DNA of 64,000 bases from Pelagomonas calceolata (Eukaryota). The position numbers and the translations under genes were made by a program. The stretch is from positions 5,456,001 through 5,520,000 of the forward strand of contig CAKKNE010000001.1 of assembly GCA_918797485.1 (NCBI GenBank), written 5' to 3'. A model generated the notes under the pieces. That model was not told the origin of the DNA and made no database searches. It saw only the letters and a list, made by a program, of their open reading frames with translations. This document shows positions 43,001 through 53,540 of this stretch, piece after piece; within the stretch, counting starts at the first letter, position 1, and each line of letters starts with the position of its first letter.

Positions 43001-46000
43001 ATGAAAAACAAGGACAGCGCCAATACCGCGACAGGCGCAGCAGCGGTGGCGCCGAGCCCGCCCCCGCGCGGACCGAAGAACGCAGCGGCGGCGCGCGGGA
43101 TGGCGAACGGCGCCAGCGACCGCGTCGGAGCGGCGGCGGCGCGCACGATCGGCCGGTGCTCGACGGCGGCTCTTTTTGCTGCTGCGTGCGTCTACACCGT
43201 GTCTTCGGGGAGCGTCGTCCTCGTGCTGTCGGCGCTCACTGCGACGCACGCGACGATGGCGGCGGCCGTGAAGAAGAAGGGCGGCTTCTGCAGTCAGATT
43301 TGGAATTCCACGCTGAATTCGGCGGCGTTTTGGGCGTTCGCGGCGCGCACGACGGCCACGCGCTGCTCTGGCGAGTGGTCCGGTCTGCTCGGCGCGGCGA
43401 GTAGCCTAGGCGAGGACAACAGTTGGCGGTCGCTGGGCGCTGCTGCCGCCTCGGCGTGCGTCTGGGCCTTTTTCTGCGCCGTCGCCGCGCTGCTATTGCT
43501 CGCGGCGGCCCTCAATGACTTTAGAAGCTCCGCGAGGTGCGCGGCCTGGCGCAAGTGCGTCGCGCTACTGGCCTTGCCGGACCTCGCGGCGGCTCGGCTC
43601 GGACCGGCGAACGCGTCGGTCGCGCCGTTCTCGGAAAGGTTTGCTCAGGCGCGACGCAAGCTCACCATGACCGACAGCAACATCTACACGGCCGTCACGG
43701 CGTGGCTTGCGGACGCGACGGCGGCCGAGGCCGTGTACGGCCATATTTCTACGTGGGAGACTTCCGGGGTGACGGACATGTCGGAGTTGTTTTGCGCCGG
43801 GGACTATTGTGACTACTACAACTCGGGGGCAGCGTCCTTTAACGAGGACATTGGCGCGTGGGACACCTCTGGCGTCACGACGATGCGAGAGATGTTCCGA
43901 GGCGCCTCGGCCTTTAACCGAGATATCAGCAGCTGGCAGGTCGGCAGCGTCACGAGCATGGCGCACTTGTTCCTCCTAGCCTCGTCATTTAACCAAGACA
44001 TCGGCAGTTGGGCGGTCGACAGCGTCACGGAGATGAGCGGGGTCTTCTGGTACGCCTCGTCGTTCAACCAGGACATCAGTGGTTGGAACGTACAAAGCGT
44101 TACGAAGATGTCCGCCATGTTCCACCACGCCTCGTCGTTTGACCAGGACATCAGCGAGTGGGACACCTCCAGCGTAACGAACACGGATTCGATGTTCGAC
44201 GGTGCGTCGGTCTTTAACCAAAACATCGGTGGTTGGACGGTCCAGAGCGTCACTTCCATGCGGGACATGTTTGCCCACACGCCGGCCTTTAACCAGGACA
44301 TCGGCGACTGGGACGTCGACAACGTCTATATGATGGACTGGATGTTCGCCGAAGCCTCGGCCTTTAACCAGGACATCAGCGCGTGGGTCACCTCAAGCGT
44401 TACGAGAATGCCCCTGATGTTCAGCGGCGCCTCGGCCTTCAATCAGGACATCAGCGCGTGGGATGTCTCGGGCGTCACGTACATGAGCTTCATGTTCAGC
44501 GGCGCCTCGGCCTTCGACCAGGACCTGGGCTGGTGCGTTGATGAAGACGTTTTTGATCCCCATGATAGAGGCTACGACATTCACGACGCGTTCTTTAACA
44601 CCCCGTGCGCGTCGACGTCGTGCGGCGTCTCGGAAAAGGACGAAAGCGGCATCTGCCCGACGCCGCAGCCTACTCCTCAGCCGACGCCACGCCCAACTGT
44701 GAACAACGTCATGACCGACAGCAACATCTACACGGCCCGCGACGCGTGGTTTGCGGACCCGACGGCGGCCGAGGCGACGTACGGCCATATCTCCATGTGG
44801 GACACATCGGGGGTGACGGACATGGAGACCTTGTTTTGCGTGTCGCCGTCGCCGTCAAATTGGGCTGCTAACTGCAACGCGGCCGCTGCATCCTTCAACG
44901 AGGACATCAGCGCGTGGGATACCTCTAGCGTCACGAAGATGAGCTACATGTTCTATGACGCCGAGGACTTCGACCAACCAATTGGTGGCTGGGCAGTCAA
45001 TCAGGTCACGGATATGAGCTACATGTTCTACAATGCCAGGTCGTTCGACCAACCGCTCGGCGCCTGGCAGGTCGACAACGTTGAGAATATGCTCGCCCTA
45101 TTCAAAAAAGCCAGGTCGTTCAACCAACCAATTAATGACTGGAGCGTCGACAGTGTCACGGATATGGGGGGCATTTTTCACACCGCTGACGGCTTCAATC
45201 AACCGCTCAGCGCCTGGGAAGTCGGCAATGTCGAGAATATGGATGGGATGTTCATATACGCCCGGGCGTTCAACCAACCGATTAGCGGCTGGAGCGTCGA
45301 AAGCGTCACGCATATGGGCTACATGTTCGCCGAAGCTTCGGCATTCAACCAACCGCTCGGCGACTGGAACCTGCTCGACGGCGTGTCGATGACCAACATG
45401 TTCCGCGACGCCGAGGCCTTCGACCAGGACCTCGGCTGGTGCGTTGCTGATGGCGTTTTTGATCCCGATGATAGAGGGTACGACATTCACACCGCGTTCG
45501 AGAACACCCCGTGCGCGTCGACGTCGTGCGGCGTCTCGGAAAAGGATGAAAGCGGCATCTGCCCGACGCCGCACCCTACTCCTCAGCCGACGCCGCACCC
45601 AACGCCGCACCCTACTCCTCAGCCGACGCCACACCCTACTCCTCATCCGACGCCGCACCCTTCGTGGCAACCAACTCGTCGGCCTACGCCGCACCCTACT
45701 CCTCATCCGACGCCGCACCCGTCGTGGCAGCCAACGCCTCGGCCTACGTCGCTGCCAACTCCTCAGCCATCGCCGCGGCCGTCACTGCCTCCGACGCTGC
45801 GGCCGACGCCTCAACCGTCGTGGCAGCCAACACCTCGGCCTACGTCGCACCCGACGCCGATGCCGACACCGCAGCCCACTCCGGGCCCGACGCAAGTGCC
45901 GGTGCATAAATCAAACCGTCGCCGACTCGCCGCGCGTTTGAAGAAGCATGACCTCAACGCCATCGACGCGACGCCAGCTCGATGGCGTGGCGTCGTGGTC

Positions 46001-49000
46001 TGGTACCGCTGGTTCTGGCCAACACGGCGGCGTTCTCGCCGAGAGGGGACTTGGTGCAGAATTCTCGTGCGCCCCCGATTCACTGTTCGAATTGCCCACA
46101 GGCCGATGCCGACGCCGCAGCCGACGCCGCACCCGTCGTGGCAGCCAACGCCTCGGCCTACGCCGCACCCGACTCCGCACCCTTCGTGGCAGCCATCGCC
46201 TCGGCCTACGTCGCGGCCATCGCCGTCGCCCACCGTCGTGCCGGGCAGCCCGACGGCGCGCCCTGTCTTCAACCCGACGCCAAGGCCTACATCTCGACCA
46301 ACTCCCCAGCCCACAGCAAATCCTACGCCCCGACCGACGCCCATGCCGACTCCCGCGCCGAGCGCACGCCCTACGCCTGGGCCAACGCCGAAACCGACGT
46401 CGTCGCCGACCCGGCGGCCTACACCGCGGCCCACGCCGATTCCGTCGCCCCTGCCGTCGCGGCCGCCGACACCCGCGCCGTTGCCGGCTCCGTCGCTCAG
46501 GCCCACGCCGCGGCCGACGCCGCGCCCGACCTTTACTCCGACGCCGGCGCCGTCACCGGTGCCCGGAAGTCCGACGCAGCGGCCGACGCCCAGACCTACG
46601 CCGAGGCCTACTCCAGCGCCTACGTCGAGGCCGACGACGCCGGCCCCAACGCCGACCCAGATGGTCGTCCAGATTACATCGTCAGTGACGCTCGAGGGCA
46701 TCGTCGCCGTCGTTTTCAATGCCGACAAGGACGGCATGCAAGCTGCGTTTGCGCAGTCGATCATCGACAGCGTCGGCGGGCTCTTCGAAGAGATCATCGA
46801 AATCGAGGCCACCGAGCAGCGACGGCGCTTGCAAACAACGTATTCGCCGACAGCTGCGCCGACGTCCATGCAAGACGAGGAGGAGGACGAGGAGGAGGAA
46901 GACGTCGTCGAAATATCATACACGGGCGTCGCGCGCGTCGACGGCACCGACGGCGAGGCTGCCTCGGCGGATTTGTTGGAGCAATCTATGGACGCAATGA
47001 CGTTAGCGATCTATGATGGTAGTTTCTTGGCCACGCTGCAGGCCTCAGACCCTGCGTTCTCTGCCGTGGCCGTAGACGTCGACGCGACGCAAGCGGCGAT
47101 CGAGGCGGCGTCATATACGTTCGTCTTCCTGACGCCGGGGCCCACCGCCGCGCCTACGCTGGGCCCGACCCCGAGAATCACGTTTCCCGGAGCGGCCGAA
47201 AGCTCGTTTGACCCGCCCACGAACTCCAGCGCCAGCGGTTCCGGCACCGGCCCTGCTCTGGCGTCTACCCATATCATATTGATTGCCGTCGGTGGCGCTG
47301 TGCTTTTCTTGATAATGATCGGGTCGGCCGTGACTGTGTGGCGCCGCGAGCACGCGAGGCAGCAGCCCAAGCGGCCGACGGACGAAGCCATCGACGTCGA
47401 ACTCGGATCAAATGAGGCGGCGCTGGAGCGCCACCGGGACGTGACCAAAGTCGTGGCAACGGGCATGAGCCTCGTGAACACGCTGCTCACAGCGGGTTCT
47501 CTCGTGCCCTTCGTCGGAGACATCGCCGAGGTCGCGAACGAGTTCTTTGGCTCCGCCAGCGAATTTGGGGACAAGGCGGACGACGTCGTCACCGCGGCGC
47601 GGCGCGTCGTGGAGGTGCTGCAGCTGGTAGACCTCATGACGAAGAACGCGGACTCGCTGATAGAAGGCAAGGATATCGTGGAGGCGCGGATGCGGCAACT
47701 GCTAGAGCTGCTGCAATCTTTCCACGCCGCCGTGCGGGCCTTTGGCACGCGGGGCTGGTTTAAGAGAATGTGGACGATCCGCGAACACGTTGACTCGTTG
47801 TCGGAGCTGGATCGCGACATCAAGCTGCAGCTCGAGATGTTTCGAGACGCCTACCGGCTCGCGGTGGACAATGTTTACCTGGAGCGAACCTACAGGATCG
47901 AGCAGGCCATTGAGCGGCTTGTGGCCGAGAGAGTGCAGACGACCGGCGAGTCCAAAGCGACGGCCGTCGAGGCGCTGTCCAAGGACGCGGCGACAGTCGA
48001 GGCCGTCGGCGCGCACCTGCCGGCAGAGGAGTTCGCCGCCGAGCTACGAGAGTTCCACATACAGCTCCGGGCCGACGTGAAGGAGCTGCTGCGCCGCGAC
48101 TCGTCCCTCCGGAAGAAGCTGTTGCGTCGCGATTCGTCGCTGAAAAAGAGGCTGGGCAGCCTCGCCAACTCGCTGACGAAGAAGACCCAAGCGGAGACCG
48201 TGCGGTCACTCAAAAGCGACACGCTGGCGCAGCTCGAGGTTACCTTGGATAGCGTGGAGGACGTGCCCTTCGCACAGGGCGGCCAGGGCGAGGTTTTTAA
48301 CGGAACTTTGGCCGGTGAAGAAGTATGCCTGAAGAAAGTGTCGCTGGTCGGGTGCACCGCGGCCGGGCGCGAGCGGCTGCTGCGCCAGTTCAAGACGGAG
48401 CTTCTTATTATGGCGCGCTTGCATTCGCCGCGGACGGTCCGCGTCCTCGGCGTCGTCAGCACAGACCCGCGGTATCTCGGACTCGTCATGGAGTACATGT
48501 CGGGAGGCAGCGTGCGCAACGCGCTCGACTCCGGCTTGGGCTTGGCGGCCGACGTGCGGCGGACGTGGTGCTCCGACATCGCCGCGGGTATGCGCTACTT
48601 GTACGCGCAAGGCGTCGAGCACCGGGATCTCAAGTGCGCGAACTGCTTGCTCACGGCGGAAGGCAGGGTGAAAGTTGTGGACTTCGGGCTCGCGCGCTGC
48701 GAGGAGCTGCGCACCCAGCTCACGTCGACGATCGCGATGCACCTCAAAGGCACGCCGGCGTTCATGGCCCCGGAACTTTTGGAAGACCAGACGTTCACGG
48801 AGAAGTCTGACGTGTATTCCTACGCCATCGTGCTGTGGGAGATTTACGACCGAGGCATCCCGTGGTCGGGCCTCATGCCGGCCCAGATCATTTCCAAGGT
48901 GATCGTCAAGCACGCGCGGCCGCCGGTGCCCAAGGGCATGCCCGCCAACCTCCGCACCCTGATGTGCCGCTGCTGGGCCCACAAACCCGACAAGCGGCCA

Positions 49001-49294
49001 ACCTTCGCCGAGGTCGTCAAGGAGGTCGCGGTGCCGACGCCGCGCCGGCCGAGCTTGAGTTCGTTCGCGGCCACGGCCGCGCCCGGGCTGGCCCGGGACG
49101 AGACGCCGTCGGGGCAGGGTCCGACGCGCTCGCTCGGGAGCGGCGTCCTCGACAGGCTCCGCGGCGTCTTTACTCCGTCGCGCGAGGCCGCGGCCGACGC
49201 GCCGCCGCCGCCGCCGCCGCCGCCTGGCGCGACGGTCTCGGCGGGCGAGTCCGTCGACGTCATGGAGCTGTCTATTGATGGTGTGGATTGCTGA
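43001..49294 (+). CDS. Receptor-like kinase: two DUF285/BspA-like repeat modules, Pro/Thr stalk, TM, MLKL/HeLo-like helical domain, TKL kinase; intron 45892-46101
   Basis: 25-aa FNQDIxxWDxSxVTxMxxMF repeats; PTP repeats; TM about 47270-47340; kinase [33 protein letters not shown]. Start codon uncertain. Confidence 0.85.
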   Translation: MKNKDSANTATGAAAVAPSPPPRGPKNAAAARGMANGASDRVGAAAARTIGRCSTAALFAAACVYTVSSGSVVLVLSALTATHATMAAAVKKKGGFCSQIWNSTLNSAAFWAFAARTTATRCSGEWSGLLGAASSLGEDNSWRSLGAAAASACVWAFFCAVAALLLLAAALNDFRSSARCAAWRKCVALLALPDLAAARLGPANASVAPFSERFAQARRKLTMTDSNIYTAVTAWLADATAAEAVYGHISTWETSGVTDMSELFCAGDYCDYYNSGAASFNEDIGAWDTSGVTTMREMFRGASAFNRDISSWQVGSVTSMAHLFLLASSFNQDIGSWAVDSVTEMSGVFWYASSFNQDISGWNVQSVTKMSAMFHHASSFDQDISEWDTSSVTNTDSMFDGASVFNQNIGGWTVQSVTSMRDMFAHTPAFNQDIGDWDVDNVYMMDWMFAEASAFNQDISAWVTSSVTRMPLMFSGASAFNQDISAWDVSGVTYMSFMFSGASAFDQDLGWCVDEDVFDPHDRGYDIHDAFFNTPCASTSCGVSEKDESGICPTPQPTPQPTPRPTVNNVMTDSNIYTARDAWFADPTAAEATYGHISMWDTSGVTDMETLFCVSPSPSNWAANCNAAAASFNEDISAWDTSSVTKMSYMFYDAEDFDQPIGGWAVNQVTDMSYMFYNARSFDQPLGAWQVDNVENMLALFKKARSFNQPINDWSVDSVTDMGGIFHTADGFNQPLSAWEVGNVENMDGMFIYARAFNQPISGWSVESVTHMGYMFAEASAFNQPLGDWNLLDGVSMTNMFRDAEAFDQDLGWCVADGVFDPDDRGYDIHTAFENTPCASTSCGVSEKDESGICPTPHPTPQPTPHPTPHPTPQPTPHPTPHPTPHPSWQPTRRPTPHPTPHPTPHPSWQPTPRPTSLPTPQPSPRPSLPPTLRPTPQPSWQPTPRPTSHPTPMPTPQPTPGPTQVPVHKSNRRRLAARLKKHDLNAIDATPARWRGVVVWYRWFWPTRRRSRREGTWCRILVRPRFTVRIAHRPMPTPQPTPHPSWQPTPRPTPHPTPHPSWQPSPRPTSRPSPSPTVVPGSPTARPVFNPTPRPTSRPTPQPTANPTPRPTPMPTPAPSARPTPGPTPKPTSSPTRRPTPRPTPIPSPLPSRPPTPAPLPAPSLRPTPRPTPRPTFTPTPAPSPVPGSPTQRPTPRPTPRPTPAPTSRPTTPAPTPTQMVVQITSSVTLEGIVAVVFNADKDGMQAAFAQSIIDSVGGLFEEIIEIEATEQRRRLQTTYSPTAAPTSMQDEEEDEEEEDVVEISYTGVARVDGTDGEAASADLLEQSMDAMTLAIYDGSFLATLQASDPAFSAVAVDVDATQAAIEAASYTFVFLTPGPTAAPTLGPTPRITFPGAAESSFDPPTNSSASGSGTGPALASTHIILIAVGGAVLFLIMIGSAVTVWRREHARQQPKRPTDEAIDVELGSNEAALERHRDVTKVVATGMSLVNTLLTAGSLVPFVGDIAEVANEFFGSASEFGDKADDVVTAARRVVEVLQLVDLMTKNADSLIEGKDIVEARMRQLLELLQSFHAAVRAFGTRGWFKRMWTIREHVDSLSELDRDIKLQLEMFRDAYRLAVDNVYLERTYRIEQAIERLVAERVQTTGESKATAVEALSKDAATVEAVGAHLPAEEFAAELREFHIQLRADVKELLRRDSSLRKKLLRRDSSLKKRLGSLANSLTKKTQAETVRSLKSDTLAQLEVTLDSVEDVPFAQGGQGEVFNGTLAGEEVCLKKVSLVGCTAAGRERLLRQFKTELLIMARLHSPRTVRVLGVVSTDPRYLGLVMEYMSGGSVRNALDSGLGLAADVRRTWCSDIAAGMRYLYAQGVEHRDLKCANCLLTAEGRVKVVDFGLARCEELRTQLTSTIAMHLKGTPAFMAPELLEDQTFTEKSDVYSYAIVLWEIYDRGIPWSGLMPAQIISKVIVKHARPPVPKGMPANLRTLMCRCWAHKPDKRPTFAEVVKEVAVPTPRRPSLSSFAATAAPGLARDETPSGQGPTRSLGSGVLDRLRGVFTPSREAAADAPPPPPPPPGATVSAGESVDVMELSIDGVDC
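45892..46101 (+). mobile_element. Degenerate introner-type element forming a 210-nt GC-AG intron
   Basis: GCAAGT donor; CCCACAG acceptor; degenerate TSD GCAAGTGC / GCCGATGC; internal CGCCATCGACGCG...CGATGGCG. Removal restores the PTPMPTPQ repeat. Confidence 0.8.
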
Positions 49295-49375
49295 TTCCGC
49301 CACCTCCTGCCCTTGGAGTAAAACAGAATAGTGTGACCCCGGCGGGCGAGCGTTCGAACACAGGGGGCTATATCA

Positions 49376-50062
49376 CTAGAACCGAACCTTAAGGTACACG
49401 ACGAACGCGACGACGGCGCCGAGGCATATGAGCGGCGCGTACTGCTGCCACGCGACCATCAAACTAAACTTCTTCGCGCCCCACTTGTACTTGCCCGCCT
49501 CGGACCGGAGCGTCTGCGACGTCTCCACGAGCGCGTCGAGGCGCTCGCCCCGGTTGAGCACCTCGTCGATGTTCCGCCGCATGATGCTGTGGATGTCCGC
49601 GAGGTCCGCGTCGAGCTGAGACGCCGCGCCCACCCGTCGCGGGTCGGCGTACTGCCGCCGCTTCGCCTGGAGCCGCCGGTCGAACTGGATGTACGCGTAG
49701 GGCCGGCCGACCGTCGCGACCGCCTGCCGCCAGTCGCCGCCGTTGCATGTATTTGTAACTTCCTGGACGAACTCCTGCGCGACCTCGCCCAAATAGCGGA
49801 AGATCGCCCGCTTCGGGTAGCTCTTGGGCGTCATCGCGAGGTAGACGACCGCGTCGGAGATGACGTAGTGGAACGCAAAGGGCCCGCTGTCGATGGAGCA
49901 CTTCGACGGCGAGCGCTCCGTGAGGCCCGCGAGGATCTGTTTGGCCTGGCTCTTGTAGACGTCCATCGTCTCCTGGCTGTCGCTGGAGCGCATCGGGTCC
50001 GTCGACGCGACCAGCAACATGCCGTCGGCGACGCGCGCGATGAAGCAGAGGTTGACGCCCAT
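49376..50062 (-). CDS. SEC22: Longin R-SNARE SEC22
   Basis: FIARVADGMLLVAS, YKSQAKQI, SYPKR, RPYAYIQFD, IMRRNIDEVLNRGERLD, C-terminal TM. Confidence 0.95.
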   Translation of the reverse strand: MGVNLCFIARVADGMLLVASTDPMRSSDSQETMDVYKSQAKQILAGLTERSPSKCSIDSGPFAFHYVISDAVVYLAMTPKSYPKRAIFRYLGEVAQEFVQEVTNTCNGGDWRQAVATVGRPYAYIQFDRRLQAKRRQYADPRRVGAASQLDADLADIHSIMRRNIDEVLNRGERLDALVETSQTLRSEAGKYKWGAKKFSLMVAWQQYAPLICLGAVVAFVVYLKVRF

Positions 50063-50297
50063 CGTGTTGTGTTTTTTTTGTTTTCGACCGGTGCTCTTGC
50101 AGATCAGCGGCGCCGATACGTGACGGCGCGCGTCGACGGCGTATAGATCCAGCCGCAAGAGGAGGCTGGTAGTCGCGCTTTCGCAAATCCGCAGCAGGGA
50201 AAAGGCTGTCGCAGCAACGCTCGTAGCACCTGGCTGCTGCAAATCACACGTTCGGTGCTCAAAAACACGCGGCACTGGAATTTTTGGAGGCGCGCGA

Positions 50298-50320
50298 GCT
50301 AGCGGCCAGTAAGACACTAG
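50298..50320 (+). promoter_or_regulatory. Bipartite CTAG-flanked upstream motif
   Basis: GCTAGCGGCCAGTAAGACACTAG between SEC22 and RPAP1-like. Confidence 0.6.
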
Positions 50321-50476
50321 CGTCCGCAAAAAGCCTAAAACAGCACCGCTACTGCTCGCAGAGCTCACAATTTATCGTTCTTACAGACGCTACACACCAC
50401 AGAGAACGCGGTGCATCGGTGCGGCCCAGCTCTTACAGCTCCAGGACGCAACAAGCACCGCTCGCCGCCAAGCACC

Positions 50477-53278
50477 ATGGTTGTCTCCGGCGTAAAAGAG
50501 CGCACGCCTTCGACAAGAAGCAGCGCGCCGCCGCGCCCGCCCCCAGGCGGCGGAGGCTTCCCGACGCGGCGCTGGACGCCGACGCCGCGCGCCGAGAAGC
50601 CGCCGCCGCCCGCGAGTGCGCGTCCAATCAAGCCGACGGACGACGCGGGCCGCAAGGTCGCCGCCATGTCGCCGGATGAAGTAAGAGACGCGCTCGACGA
50701 CGTGCGCGCGACGCTGAGCCCGGCGAACGTCGAGTTTCTGCGGAAGCGCGGCGCCGCGAAGCTCCAACGACCGCGGCTGCCGCCGGCCCCGAAGCCGCGG
50801 CCCCTGCCGCCGGGCACCATGCCCACGAACGACGCCGAGCTCGCGGCCGCCTGCGCGGCGCTGCCGCCGACCGAACGCGCCAAGCTTGACTGGACGGCCG
50901 AGGCCGACGACGACGACGCCGCGAAGAGCGCCTCGGCGCTCAGCGAGGCCTTCGTGGCCGCTCAAAAAGATTTGACCGTGACGCAGCGGCGCGCGGCCTT
51001 CTCCACCTTGGTGAGGGAGGTCGTCCTCGAGGGCGCCATGACTTTTGCAGATGCGCCTCTTCGATTGCTCGAGGCGCTGGCGCGCGGTCTGGCGGACAAG
51101 GGGAAGTACAAGCGGGAGAACGGCCGCGACGCCGTGTCAGGATTGATCACGTTGTTAAGGCGGTCGCCGGACTACGTTCCTTCAACCAAGGACGACGCGC
51201 GGGCCTTCGCTGGACATGCCTGGGACGCCGCGGCCGTCCAGGGCCTGATCCAGCAGGGGACGAGCGACGCGCTCGCGGTCGTCGCGCGGGCCGCGCTGAT
51301 GTCGGAACCGGCGGCGGCGAAGTTGGTCGACGGGGGCGCCTCGGCGGCAGCCGTCCGGGCCTGCGTTGGTGGCGACGCGAACGGCGCGCTGGCCGCGGCG
51401 GCGCTCGTCGAGCGCGGCGCGCCCGTGAGCGACGCGCGGGCCGCCATGGCGGCGTGTGTGTCGCACGAGGTCGACGCCTGGGCCCTCGCGGCCGCGACGC
51501 TCGCCGCGGCCTTCGCGCGGCGCGCCCCGGCGGACGGCGAGTGGCCCGCCGCGCGCGTCGCGGCGCGGGCCGCGGCCGCGTCAAATGCCGCGCCCGCGGG
51601 CCTCGTCGCGGCCGCGCTCCTGCGCAAGTGTTGTAGGGGAGGCACGGTGGCCGAGGCCGACGCCGCGGACGTTTTGATGGAGCGTCTCGCGGCCTGCGAC
51701 GATCCTACGACCTTGACGGCCTTCTGCCGCGCGGCACACGCGTCGGCGGCCGCGCGGAGCGACTACGCGCGGGCCCTCGCGGCGTTGGCGCGAGGTACCG
51801 GGGCGCTGGCGCCGGTTCTAGAAAGGTGCGAGGCCGGAGCCGCCGACGACGACGACTGGGCCGCGGCGCGCGCGGCCTGCGCGCTCGCGGCGGCGGCGGC
51901 GGCGCGCCTGCCTCAAAAGACGGCGGCCGCGCTGGGCAACGCGCGCGCGGCGTTCGCGGCGACCGCGCGCGCGTCCGAGCGGCGCGCCTGCCGCGACGCC
52001 GTCGCGGCCTTCTACGACGACGCGACCGACGCCCCGGCCAAGCAAAGCGAGGCCGACGACGACGTCCTCGTTGACGACGCGGCCGACGACCGCCGGGGCG
52101 CCTTCCACGCGGCTCACTGCGTCCCCGGTCTGTGTGGAAATCAAGAGATTGCCACGCCATCGAACAGGTGTCGCGTTGATGGCGTGGGGCGTCCGAAATT
52201 TGATTTCCACACAGGTCCTGGCGCGCCGGTTACGCGAGGCGGACGCGGTCTCATTTGCATTGATGGCGCCGTGCGCCTGCCGGCAGGCGCGCTACGCGGA
52301 GCGTTGCGTTGCTGAGAGTGAGCAGGAGGATCCGGGCCTGCAGAACCGCTGCGCGGCCGCGCTGCGCGGCGGCGCTCTGCCTTTTCCCCCGGCCTGGGCC
52401 CTCGCCGCGAGCGATGCCGCGCCCCCGGCGAGCTATGTCGCCGCCTGTGTGGAAATCAAAATTTTACGGCGCGTTACGCCATCGACGCGACGCCTGCTCG
52501 ATGGCGTGGCGATGCCGGTTCCTCACCGCTCGACCGAGCCAGGACGGCCGCTTCATCGCCGAAAAATGACTTGGTGAAGAATTGTCGGGTGCACTCGACG
52601 CACTGGTTGATTTCCACACAGGTCGCCGCGGTCCCGCGCGGCGCACTACTCGCCCACGCACTGCGCCGCGCTGCGCGTCCCTCCGTGGACGTGGAATCCT
52701 TGCTCACGGACACTGTGGCTCGTCTGATAGATGAAGACGTCGTAGAGGGCGCCGCCTTTCTCCATGAGTGGGTCCAGGGCGAGGCCACCAAGTCGCCGGC
52801 AGTGCACAAATCAAAATGTCGCGACGCGTCTCCACATTCATTTGCGCACAGGTCGCCGGAGAGCAGGCGTGACGCCGCGTTCGGTGCTACCATCGAGCGC
52901 CTCAACGGTTTGGTATTGGCGGAGTTTCCCGCCTCCACAAAGTCGGCGCGCCTCGCGCTGGGCCTGCTCCTCCAACCAATATTCCCGCCGGGCGTGCGTG
53001 CGGCCGTGTGGCGCGTATGCGGCCTAGCAGGCACGGCAGCGCACCTTCGCGTAGACGTCGAAGCGTGCGCCTGCTCCGCCGAGGACGCGGAGCTGCTCGT
53101 GGACGACGTGCTGTTGTGTTTGAAGCACGATCCACCGGCCGACGCGCCCTGTGTGCTACTGGCGAAGCAACACCTCGCCGCCTTCCTGCGCGCCGCGCCC
53201 GAGGGATCCTTCGCGCGGGAAAGCCGCGCGGAGCTTCTCCGGGACAGTGGGGCTGGATGGGCTGTGCGACGTGATTGA
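50477..53278 (+). CDS. RPAP1: RPAP1/Rba50-like RNA polymerase II-associated protein; introns 52121-52214, 52437-52621, 52792-52851
   Basis: MSPDEVRDALDDVRATLSPANVEFLRKR matches the RPAP1 N-terminal motif. Three introns join ORFs 50411, 52071 and 52571 in frame. Confidence 0.7.
52121..52214 (+). mobile_element. Introner-type TIR element forming a 94-nt intron
   Basis: TIRs CTGTGTGGAAATCAA...TTGATTTCCACACAG; degenerate TSD GTCCCCGGT / GTCCTGGC. Confidence 0.88.
52437..52621 (+). mobile_element. Introner-type TIR element forming a 185-nt intron
   Basis: Exact TSD GTCGCCGC at 52437-52444 and 52622-52629; perfect TIRs. Confidence 0.95.
52792..52851 (+). mobile_element. Minimal introner-type element (second TIR variant) forming a 60-nt intron
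   Basis: Exact TSD GTCGCCGG; imperfect TIRs CAGTGCACAAAT...ATTTGCGCACAG. Confidence 0.85.
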
Positions 53279-53540
53279 TGATGAGGAGCCTTTGAAATGG
53301 TCCTTGGACGTCGACCCTTGACGCCTCAAGCGGCGATCCCGTTCATCACGTCCCACCTCCAAAGCGACGACAAGGGCCTGCGGCCAGCGGTCTACGACGC
53401 GTGCGCCGAGGTCGTGAAGGAGTCCCGGGAGGAAGTAGATATTTTGCCATTATTTATTACTCACAACACTAAAGTTAGTCTGCGAATTGAAGCGTGCCAC
53501 CCACAGGCGCGTCGCGTTGCCGGACGAGGCGTGGCCGACT

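Noticed and set aside
45560..46660. Dense short tandem repeats that could suggest a CRISPR array or satellite
   Set aside because: They are 12-bp coding repeats for a Pro/Thr stalk, with no unique spacers and no cas genes.
45811..46947. 378-aa Gly/Val-rich antisense ORF
   Set aside because: Mirror of the PTP repeats on the coding strand.
49376..50368. 330-aa version of SEC22 in the ORF track
   Set aside because: Homology starts at MGVNLCFIAR (50062); the extension crosses the upstream motif and promoter region.
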